Shown here piece by piece: positions 1-10,370 of a stretch of 64,000 nucleotides of DNA. Source of the stretch: Caecitellus pseudoparvulus (Eukaryota; Protista; Bigyra: Bicosoecida); assembly GCA_965644315.1 (NCBI GenBank), contig CBFFRQ010000044.1:333817-397816 (forward strand). The letters run 5' to 3'. Under the pieces are notes generated by a model. The model did not search any database and had not been told where the DNA came from. It was given only the letters and a program-made list of their open reading frames with translations. The translations under genes were made by a program, and so were the position numbers. Numbering within the stretch: the stretch's first letter is position 1; every line of letters begins with the position of its first letter.

Positions 1-1060
1 CCTCCAGTCGCACTCTCGCCACCCAACGCGTGCTGGCGGGTCGGAGCGCTTGGGAGCTTGGAACTGACAGAGCAGGTCTGCTGCTAAAGGCGACGTTGAA
101 AGGCATAAGGAGCCCACCCTGGGAGGCTTGGCTCTGCCACGCAACGGCGCAGGCAGCGGCTCAGCAGCATCGCAAGTGCACTGCACAACGTGTCAAGCCA
201 TCGGCGCAGGCCTTTCAGCTTCCACCTTCCACACGTGCATCTCTGCTCGCGACGAGCAAGGGTGGGCCATGATGACATGATAGGTGTTTTGAGAGGCCCC
301 GGGTACACCTTATAGGCCCTCTGGCCGGCAGTGGCGACGTTCGCGTGGCGTTGGGCATCCAGCGGTATGCACAGGTTTCGCTCGGCGCAAGAGGTGCCTG
401 TTGAAACCCCTGTCTCTGCGCTGCAGGCGCCTCTGCAGCAAGGAAGGGGATGGATAGTTGATGGAGCACAAACCAAACCTGTGAATGCGTTCCAATCGCG
501 TAAGTATCCTGCGCGGAGGCCCTGCAGGGCCTTGGCAGCGAGCAAGGTGGCATGCTCGGCCGGTTGGCGAGCGTTCAGGGGGCAGTCATGGCCCACTCTC
601 CGCGTGTGAGAATAAAACCCACGCAGGCCTCAAGCACAGGCAAATTTCTTGCAGCATATGCAGACAACCTTGTCTATTGCGCCCCGTTTCAACTTCCCTG
701 GCCAGGGAGTGGCCACCGCTGCTGTGCGGCGCGTTTCAGCCGCCACCCCCCAGCGCGCTGGCCAGGCTGCCGTGCGCTTGTGATGGTACGTGCTGCCACA
801 AAAAGCTGGCTGGCACCAAGGCGAACAGCTGCTGTTGAGCCTGGCGCAACGTACCAAACGCTGGGGCCAGTGAGGAGTCGCTGCTCGGAGCACGATGAGC
901 GTGCACTGGCAGCAGCGGCTCCAGGCTGGCGCGATGAGTGGCAGCGAGGCAGTGTGGCGGTAATTCTTCCGGCCCTCGCACAACCCCAAGGCGTCGCTCG
1001 CAATTCTTCCTTTCATGGCCTCCTTTTCCTGCCCCCGTTTTCGCAGCGTTCTTCCCAGGC

Positions 1061-3041
1061 ATGCATTCCCACGAGCACTCTTCATCGTGGCACCCGACAA
1101 GCACACCTGCTGCGCCAGCACCCAAGAGCGCACACTTGCCAGGGACGCAGTCTTGTTTGGCACAGCCTAGCGACAAGCTAGCCATTTCCAGCCATTGCCC
1201 GGCTCATGCTATTGAGTCAGGTTTCTGGCATCACTTCGGCAAGCGACTCGAAACGTCACCGACTGCCGCGCACCACTTTCATCAAGTGGGAGGCTGCAAG
1301 CGGCCCAGGATGCCCCGGCCTCCGCACCATCCTGGCACATGGGACTTGCATGCTTGCTCTGGATGGTATGGTGTGCTCCCAGATGACTCCATCGGTGCCG
1401 GAGGAGTGGCAGCGCTTGAGTGCGCGCCGGCTGGGACTGCCTCCACCGCAGCCCGCCACTCTTCCTCACTGCAAGCACACAGCGCCAGTGCACACACCTC
1501 CCGCCTTCAGCAGTCGAGTACGCCGAGTCTTGGACCCACGTTCCGCGAAAGCTGGTCACATTTCCTCTGCGATGCCCAGGCTGGGGGCGGGGTGCACTCT
1601 CGACTGGCTCACGTCGCCGCCTCACTGCAGCCAGCTCCAGCTCAGCAGCGAGCCCGCACGACGGCACAAGAACCCGCCCCCCTCCCTGCTCCGACCCTGG
1701 GTGCGCCTTGTGTTGGGCCTGCCTTCCTGGGCTGTGCCCCAGACGTGGTTGTTCCTGGCATGCCTCCCGGCAAGCGTCTGCCAAGCAGCTCTCCTGACCC
1801 CCCCCCCAGTTGGAGGCGTCCCGCCCCCCGCCCAACGCCGACGGCCACACCACAGCACATTTATCAGCTGGAACATGTACATCTGGGGCCTCCTTCTCGC
1901 CCTGCTCCCTGCCCTGCGCCAGCCAGCCACAGCGGCGAGGAAGGCAGCAGCACGGAATTCGGTCAGGACACAGGCGTCGTCGAGGTCTCCTTTCCATCGC
2001 GTGGCGAGGTAGTGCACCCAGGCAACACACATGCACGGACACTTTCTGCCGTGAACACGGCGTGTATGGTCTCACAGCACGGGACTGCGGCGCGTGGGGT
2101 CGGTGGGGAGCCGCCTTCACAGAGCAGTTTCCGCGACCCTCGACCAGAAGTCTCTGCTGGACATGGCGCACCCTGCCCCAGCCAGGCGGGAACCAGTAGC
2201 GACTGTGTGGCCCCAGCTTGGATACCGCAGCCAATGGAGGCCCTTGCTGCTCCTTTTTTGGCCCGCACGGCCACGGCTGCAGCCTCGGGGGGCAAAGGAG
2301 GTTTGAGCTCGCGTGCGACTGGCCGGGCGACGAATGCGTCGTCGAGCCGGCGAGCCGACAGCCGCTCCGCCCAGCTCACCAGGCACATCGAGGCGAGGCT
2401 GGGTATCGGGCCACACAAGCCCTCAGCGCACGACGTGCTCGGGCGAGAGGCTGCCGCACTGCAGGGTGGGGACGCGGCCTTGCGAGCAGAGGAAGCACGG
2501 CAACGCAGCCTCTTGCCACTTCAAGTGAGTGACCCTGGCACTTTGGCTGCAGCCAGCTCGTTGCACCGCGCCCTACACTGCGCCTGCCACTATCTGCCCC
2601 CATCCCACCCCCCCCCTTCCCTCCCTCCTCCACGCACAGTTTCGTTCGAAGCGAGTCTTGGCGTTTCAGCCTCGTGAGAACCGGTGGGTGTCCACCTTCA
2701 CGGAGCTGCAGAGTCGACGGCAGATGCGGCTGTACGCCTCCTCTGCCCTGCTGTGCGCCCTGCGCCGGGACTTTGTGCGCCTCGCCGATGGCATCCGGCC
2801 CCGCAAGGGCGAGTCTGAGACCAGCACGACGTGGGTGGTTCTGGCCAACCCACACATGACGTCGTTCTTCGTGCAGCGAGTGGGCACGGGCACCATCCAG
2901 GGCAAAGGCACTCTGCAGTACCGCAATCTGAGGTGGGTGGGACCACACCCAGATGAAATGGAGGCCGCTTCACGCCGCATGGGCGCACTGGTTGACATGG
3001 ACAACTGGCGCGACATGCTGCGAGCTGCTGGGTGGCTATAG
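1061..3041 (+). CDS. Uncharacterised protein, paralog 1 of a tandem family (low-complexity N-terminus + conserved C-terminal domain); start uncertain
   Basis: Long ORF (938-2524) spliced via GTGAGT..CACAG intron 2525-2639 to exon 2640-3041 gives LPLQ|FRSKRVLAFQPRENRWVSTFTELQSRRQMRLYASSALLCALRRDFVRLADGIRPR...WVGPHPDEMEAASRRMG...NWRDML, which aligns with paralogs 2 and 3. ATG 1061 is only one candidate start. Confidence 0.7.
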
Positions 3042-4344
3042 GTTGCAGCAGCGGGCACAGAGCTCACGCCCGTGGGGGGTTGCCTGCCTGCTGCTGTGCC
3101 GCAGGGGCTGTGGTGCGTGCCCTTGGGCACCCCAGCACTGCCCTTCCCAGCGGTGCAGGCTTGATGTGAAGTACCATGCTGGGTCGCCCCAGCAAACCCC
3201 ACCGAAGTCATTGGTAGGGACTTGCAACCGTGCAAAGCGAGCAGTGGCACTGCCTGCTGCGCTTAAGGGTGTCGGAGGCTCCCCAGGGCAGGCTCGTCGA
3301 GCAGGGGCTTCGTGCACCTGCTCTCCGAAGCCTGCCAAGCGTTGCTCGCCGTCGCTGCAGTCGTCGCCCTGTGACCCCGCCGAAGCGCGGTGCCCTGCGC
3401 CACGCCGCCTGCGGCGCAAAGTCAGCGTGGGTGGAACGCAGCTCCATTTGATCATGCCGACCTGCACCTCTTTGCCACACCCTTTGCTCTGGGAGCCATG
3501 CGCAGCGTCTGTGTCCACCACAGGCACGCCTCTTCCCGAGCTTCTTGCGCGGCAGTGCGCCAGCTGCATGGAAGGCTGAAGCTCGCTGAAACATGCTGGG
3601 GCCGCGCGGAGCACGAATGGAGGGAGGCAGGTCTTGCCCTCCCCCCTATAAATACACTCAAGCCTCTACCCTCTTCGTCCCTCGGCCTAAAGCAAGCTAG
3701 CAGCGGTGCAGCTGGCACCGTGCGGGTGTTCAGCTCCACGCCTCCGCACTTCTGCGCCTGCTGCCACACGGTGCGACGAGCTTTGCGGCGGGGCAGGAGC
3801 CGTGTGCGGGACAGTGGATCAGCCTAAAGCACCTGTGACTCCCTGCTGGCTCCAGCCCTCGCTGCAGCACTGGCAGTGGCGTGGGACGGCGCGGGCGGCC
3901 GAATCAGGCAACGTGAGCATGTGCTGGACTGTGGCGCTTGGCAGCTGACACGCCGCGCGCAAACGTCGCGACGCCAGGGGCAGGGCGTGCGGGAGCAAGG
4001 CAAGCCCGAATCCTGGCCGACACGGGTGGGCCACTTGCTCTCACCCTTCATCGAGCGGAGTTCGTGAGGTTGGCTTGGCAGGGGCGGTGTGGGGGGGGGG
4101 CGCGGCGCGCAGTCACGCAGCTGCCTGCCAACACTCTTCTGGCGCGCCGTCTCAAATCCAAAGCCACCTCTACCCCGCTCAAGAAACCACAAGAATCCAC
4201 TTTCCTTCTCATCACTTATCGCCCTGTGCACTCTTTGTTGCGTGTCCGTGCCACCTGCCGGTGTCACGACCACATCCGTTCCGTGTGCGGAAAGCTTCGT
4301 TGGGAAGCAAGGCCTCTCACCAGCTGCCAAGCCCCACTCACGCC

Positions 4345-5883
4345 ATGGCCCAGCGCCACACTGCCACCCTCAACCAAACAACCGACACGCACAGCATGCT
4401 CGGTGGGGTCAAACGAGCCCGCCCTGAGCTCCCCGATCACGCTGCCTGGCTGCCTGGTGCTCGCGGTGGCAAGCGAGCTCGCTCAGCCGCCGCTGGCGAT
4501 GCGCTCACAGCCAACTGGCGATGCGCTGCCCCCACCCAAACCATGCCCTGGCCGCCGGCACCGCCTGTGCAAGTTCGAGCAGCTTCACACAGTGTGCCTG
4601 TTGGGCATTTCATGCCGCAGGCTCGGCGCACGGAGGGGGGGGGCAGCGTTCCGCCCTGTAAATGGAGCCCTGCACCGCTGGCCACGAAGTTCGCCGGCGA
4701 GGCACTCCTGCCGCCCCACACCTTCACCTACTGGGCGGTGCAACCAGGCCCAGCACAAGCAGGTGTCCCCAAGAACATGCCCGCATTCCCGTTGCCGCAG
4801 TGTGTGGGCGGCCTCCCCGCCCCCGGCGCTGCGTCTGGCGTGTCAGGCTGGCGGGGGGTCATGCACCCCCCTGCACCGGATTCTCAGCCAGGGACAACCA
4901 GCCACATGGCAGGGGGCGACCCCGCTGGCCTGGGCGCCCACCCAAGCAGCTCGCCTCGCCTGGGCACGCCCCTGGGCTCCTGTGGCCCCCCTGCACCCTC
5001 CTCGCAGCCCGTCGCTTGGCAGGGCGCTTGGCCACCGCGTGCCCTCGCAGGGCCTGCGTTGCACACGCAGGGCATATCCGACGCAGAGCTGCTGCGCCGC
5101 GCAGCTGCCGGTGCTGCCTTGCGAGGCATGCTCGGCAGCAGTTCTGGCAGGCCGGCCATGCTGCTGTTGCCGCGCAGTGTGCGTGGTTCGCGGCTGCATC
5201 GGTCGCAGAAGCCGGCTTCGTCGCGCTCGGCACCGGGCGTGCGGGCGCAGTTTCTGCAGCTTCGACAGGCGGTGGAAGCGCAGCGCCTGGAGCTGCCGTG
5301 CCAGTTCCAGGGCTCCCGAGTGCTGAGCTTCCAGCCCACTGAGCGCAGGTGGTTGACTGTGTTCACGGAGTTCAAGACACGCCGCCAGGTGCGCCTGTAC
5401 GGGCCGTCGGCGCTTGCGACGTGCTTGCGGCGGGACTGGGCGCGCCTGAGCAGTGGAACACGCCCACGTCTGGGAGGGGCCTCCCGTCGATGCACTTGGA
5501 TCACCATGATTTTCCCAGAGATGTTCGAGGAGTTCTGTCGCATCGAGCAGGAGAACGGGGGGGGCAGCAACCCTCGCGAGCCCACGTGCCCTGCGCAAGA
5601 ATGTGCAAGCAGCACAAACCACACGCTGTGCACGCGCAGCGGCCTGGCCCTGAACCGCCCTTCCACACCCACGTCTGTGAGCCGACCTTCCCTTCGCACG
5701 GGGCACGTGGTGTGGGTGGGCCCCACTCCTGACGAGCTGGACGCAGCGGCTGAGCGTCTGGGCATGCCCCTGCGCCTGGGCAACTGGCGCAGCGTGCTGG
5801 CAGAGGCCAGGCGCAGCCCCAAAGGCACTCTCTCGGCTTGCACACCCTCTGATGCCAGCTCCTGTGACAGTACGCACTTCTGA
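4345..5883 (+). CDS. Uncharacterised protein, paralog 2 of the tandem family (apparently intronless)
   Basis: ATG in gccATGG context at 4345; Pro/Ala/Gly-rich N-terminus, then LPCQFQGSRVLSFQPTERRWLTVFTEFKTRRQVRLYGPSALATCLRRDWARLSSGTRPR...WVGPTPDELDAAAERLG...NWRSVL; TGA 5881-5883. Confidence 0.75.
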   Translation: MAQRHTATLNQTTDTHSMLGGVKRARPELPDHAAWLPGARGGKRARSAAAGDALTANWRCAAPTQTMPWPPAPPVQVRAASHSVPVGHFMPQARRTEGGGSVPPCKWSPAPLATKFAGEALLPPHTFTYWAVQPGPAQAGVPKNMPAFPLPQCVGGLPAPGAASGVSGWRGVMHPPAPDSQPGTTSHMAGGDPAGLGAHPSSSPRLGTPLGSCGPPAPSSQPVAWQGAWPPRALAGPALHTQGISDAELLRRAAAGAALRGMLGSSSGRPAMLLLPRSVRGSRLHRSQKPASSRSAPGVRAQFLQLRQAVEAQRLELPCQFQGSRVLSFQPTERRWLTVFTEFKTRRQVRLYGPSALATCLRRDWARLSSGTRPRLGGASRRCTWITMIFPEMFEEFCRIEQENGGGSNPREPTCPAQECASSTNHTLCTRSGLALNRPSTPTSVSRPSLRTGHVVWVGPTPDELDAAAERLGMPLRLGNWRSVLAEARRSPKGTLSACTPSDASSCDSTHF

Positions 5884-8381
5884 AGCGTGCATTGCGCAGG
5901 TGCGGGGCGCACGTTGCGCCGCTGGCAGGCTGTCCGCGAGCGGGGCACCCCCCCCCCCCCCTGACCATACTCGCCGCAAGCTCAATGCAGCTAACCCTTC
6001 CCCAGCCACCACAACAGCTCGGCATGGTAGCTTGCCGCAGTTCCTTCACCGCTCTCTGCGCAGAGGCGCGCCCCTCGTTGAGACTGCTGCATCTCAAGGA
6101 GAAGGCGAGAGAAGGCCGGCCCGACGCAAGACTGACACCCCTGCGCAGTGCACACACAGCACCACATTAAAAGGAAACAAGGCCATTGGGTTTCACCCGA
6201 TCCATTGCAAAGCCCACGAACTCCCTGCCGCTATGCTGAGTGTGCCAGCCTGTCCAAGCCCCGGTAGCAAGCGGAAGAGGCAGAGAGAGACGGCAGCGGC
6301 ATAAGGTCCTTCGAGCATCAGCTGGCGGTCACCCCCCCCCCACCCCCCATGCCACGTCGCGGCGCAGCAGCTGCAAGTTCCAAGCCTGACGAGCAAGGCT
6401 CAGCTCTCCATGGGCACTCCCTGTGCCCTCCTGGGCGGCTGTGGTAAACAGCGTGCAGGTCATGGGCGTGGCGAGGAGGAATGGGTGCTGGTGTGATGGG
6501 GCAGAGAAGTGGGGGAAGGGGAGGTGGGTGCGGTTTGTACACTGGCACAGCAGCGGAGTACGTACAGGCGTGAACAGGGAAGAGCTTCGCTGAAATGACA
6601 CGTGGAAGGGGCTATTGGAGCAACCACCTGATGCCTGGCACGCTGGCGCACCCGTGCGCGTCTGCGCCTTGATGGCTTTCCCTCTCCACCTTGCGCTGCC
6701 AGTGCGAAGTGGACTGCCGCCGTTCCAAACGTTACAGGCAGTCACTGTAACGTCTCCTCGTCAGAAACAGACCAATTCGCGCCGTGCCGGGCTTTGGGGC
6801 CGGTCCACACGCCAAATGTGCTGATATTCAAAGCATGGCTTGTCTGGGTGCGCTGGGCGGGGCTGAGCACGCCGTACAAGGCCGCGGTGAGCCGGCGTTG
6901 TGTCGGGCAGATGGAGTGCGCCAGCCACGTCGTGCGGTTTGGCCTGCTGAGCGCCCTTCAAGAGGAGTACTCAGTTCAGTGGCGGAAGGTGCCCATGTTC
7001 GTGTCGCTGAGACCAGGCAATTGTATCACGGCGCATGGGATGGCGAAAGGACACGCCGCGGCGTCTGAGATGTCGACGGGATTGCCGAAACGCTAAACGC
7101 GAAACGCGCCGCAGGTGAAGTGAACGCAGTTCGCGCTCGCTGCTCGATTCCTCGACTTCGCGGCAGCCTCAGCACAACGCCACGTGTTAGCAGAGCTGGC
7201 GACCACACGCGAATGATTCGGTCCCACTACTGTCCTTGGTATAGCGCTCCAAGAAAGGCCTGGGGAGAAGCTGAGCGACGCAGCGGCTCCAGCGGGCACG
7301 TGCCCTCCAGCTGGCTTCGCCCAGAGCGGAGCTCCTCTGAGGTTGAGCTCGGGAAAGCACTGTGTACGGGTGGGAGAAGGCAAGCGCCCTGTTCAGTCCC
7401 CCTCTCGTCGCTTGTTTTGAGCTCAGAGCTGTGCGTACGTCACAGGAAGGTGACACTGCACTGATGCGTTTTTGATGTGGGCGTGTCCATCTACTCGCCG
7501 CACGGCGGAGGCATTCCCGCGCCATGCTCGCGCCCTGTCCCTTCCGACGCTGCTGCCGGACGAAGTTGTGTTGTTCGACGTTGCCATATGTTGGGCAGTG
7601 TGCAGCTTACCTCGCTCCGCCCTCGGCGAGTGCGCCTTGGTCTACTTTCTTCAAGCTGTGACATGGCAACTTCTGCACAGCGCTGAGCAGTGTGGGCACA
7701 TCAGAGAGGTGCCTGCAGCGCGCAAGCCGTGCGTCCGGAGGCGACGCCGCTTCTCAGGCCGACGACCACCCCGGAAAAGCTGCTTCTGGCACTGCTCATG
7801 CGGCACTTTACTTTACACGCGTCTCGCTGTGCTGCGGCGCGCGCAGGCTGGGAAGTTGCTCGGCGGCGGGATGGCAGCCGCTGCCGCCTTCCTTCCGGCC
7901 GCTGTCTCAGTGCCGAGCTGGGAGTCCACAAAACACCGGGCCACCCCGCCGGGGAGTCAGCTGCGCGCATATGCGTAGTCCGGGCACTACCCCGCGCTCC
8001 ACATGCAAAACCACATATTTTCACCTACTTACAAGCAATTCGCCCGCCAGCACCGCCGCCGGTCGCCTCAACGCTCGTCCAGCAGCTCTGTCGAGGCCCA
8101 GCAGGTGAGTTTTCCCACGGTGTGACGGCGCAGGGACAGCGCAGGCCGGCCCTGAGCAAGGACGGCCGCGCTGCTCCCATATCCGCAAACCACACCCATG
8201 CTTCCTGCAGCAGCATTCTCACCTCCCCGTGCCCTTTCACTCTCCCACGCACAGACGCGCATACGCGCAGCGGGTCGTGACAAGCCGGGGTGCACTCAGG
8301 CGCACTCCCAACCAACCCTGCAGCTCCCTGCCCCTTGAGCGGCAGGTCAGGACACAAGCCACAGCCCACACTTCGCCCGAA

Positions 8382-10191
8382 ATGGCAAGCACCGGCGAAG
8401 CCTTGCTTGCGAAAGCGGCGGTGCGTGAGCGCTGGTGCCGCTTCCGCGTGGCGGCACGCCTGACGCGTGCCTCACTGCCACCTCCCCGCCGCTCTTTGCA
8501 CAGGCGTCAGCGCTAGCGCCCACCTGCCCCTGGGCGATTGGCAGCCCTGCGACCGTGTTGTTGCTGCACAGTGCGGAGGATTCCCCCGAAGACGTCGTGC
8601 TGCACGTGCCGGGCGGCGAGCCGGCCCTGCCCAGCAACCAGGCAGGTGCAGGGAAGTGGCCAACCGTGCCATGCCCACGCCAGCCTGATCAGTCCAGGGA
8701 AGACAGCCCCTCGCCCGTTGCCTGGGCACAGCAGACACAGCAACGACTGCAGCAGACCCCTCCGCTGCCCCCTTCCATGCCTGGCTTGCATGGCAGTGGC
8801 AGTCCTGTGTATTCCGGTCCCCAGGCAAACCTGCAGGCTGCGTCAACCTCCGCGCACGGGGCAGAAGGGCTCTGGCAACCCCAAGACGGCACGCCAGAGC
8901 CGCAGGCCCAGTGGGAGTACCCGCAGTGGCAAAATGCCGTGTCCCAACCGTACACTTCGATGCCTTCTGCGCAACTGCAGGCTCCTAGCCCTGGCTTTGC
9001 CGGCGGGTCTTTCACCGTGGCGCCGCCCGCCATTGGCCAAGGGAGGGCACCCGCTCCCATGACAAGCCAGGGGGGGGGGCTGTTTGCAACGGGACCCCTG
9101 CCCCCACATGCCGCTTGGCCGGGGCAGGCACCGCCCCATGCCGCCGCCAAGATGCATGCGCAGGGGCAGGCGTGGGCGTGGCAAGGAAGCTCAGCGGGCT
9201 ATGCCGCGCAAACAGCCCCCGGCGCCGCACCTTACCAGGCACCGCAGCTGACGGCAGGGCAGGGCATGCCTCAACCAAAATGCGTGCAGCCAGGCCAGAC
9301 TCTGGGCAAGGCAGAGGTTGCGCGGCAGCGCAGGTTGGTGCCCAATCAGTTTCGGGTAGGTGCAGGCGGCTAGCCACCCGCAATGCTGCCTCTGCGCGTT
9401 TTCGCCTCAGCACCACTCACGAGCTCCCCCCTCGTCAATTTTACGCAGTCGGACCGTGTCGTGACGTACCAGCCCAAGCTTGACCGATGGGTGCGTGCCC
9501 AGAGCCCCGTGTGGGCCGCAGGCTGGGTCGCCAGCCTCAGGGGCAGCTTTGGCGTGGCGACACACGCGCCGTTACACGACAGCAACTGTCCACCACACTT
9601 TGCACTGCCCTCCCGCTCCTGGCACAGGTCACAACCTTCACCTCCATCATCACCGGGCGCCAAGTGCGCGTGTACGGCACGTCCCTCTTTTCGGCCGCCT
9701 TGAAGCGCGACTTTGTGCGCCTGCGTGACGGCATTCGGCCTCGCACTGGCGCCTCCTCACTTTCCTGCTCCTGGCTTGTGCTGAGCGTGCCAGGCCTCTT
9801 CTCCTCACTCTGCCGCCGCAGGGGCACGGGCGTCGTGGAAGGCAACGGCACCCTGCGGTTCCAAGACTTCGCCTGGCTGGGCCCTGACCCGTGGGTGCTG
9901 GAGGACGCTGCGAGCGCAGCGGGTGTTGCGTTGGACGGGGACAATTGGCAAGCTATCTTGCAGTTGGCAGCCAGGGCGACAGGCTGCCCGGCCAACGCAG
10001 AGCATGCGCCCCCTCTAGCCCAGGACATTGCAGAGGGCCGCCTATACACCCAGCGAGAAGCTGCCTCCGTCACGTATGCCGGCGTGCAGGGTGGCGCGTT
10101 TCCTGGCCGCCCAAGCACCGTCGGTGCCTGCGGCGCCAGGCCACTGCTCCTGCCCAGCCGTGCCGGTGTGGCTTCCATGACACCCATGTAG
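8382..10191 (+). CDS. Uncharacterised protein, paralog 3 of the tandem family; join(8382..8420,8504..9355,9449..9490,9628..10191)
   Basis: Three GT-AG introns restore one frame: MASTGEALLAKAA|ASALAP...(Q/P/A-rich)...VPNQFR|SDRVVTYQPKLDRW|VTTFTSIITGRQVRVYGTSLFSAALKRDFVRLRDGIRPR...WLGPDPWVLEDAASAAG...NWQAIL. Confidence 0.8.
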
Positions 10192-10370
10192 CCGTGGGTG
10201 CTTGGTTTAGGCTTGTGTCTGTGCGTGTGTCAGTGTTTGCTTTCGTCGGCAATGCATCCGGCTGTCAGGTCTGGTCACCCACTCGCTCGTCAGCGCATCT
10301 CTGCATTCATGCAACATGCAACGTGATGGCACCCCCACGCGCGCGCCCGCTGGCAGCTTGCTTGCCCCGC

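Noticed and set aside
3647-3654. TATAAATA as promoter of paralog 2
   Set aside because: It lies ~690 bp upstream of the likely ATG, and a single motif without transcript data is insufficient.
6318-8280. Many short overlapping ORFs in the spacer before paralog 3
   Set aside because: Expected by chance in GC-rich DNA with alternative starts; no motif or consistent exon structure found.
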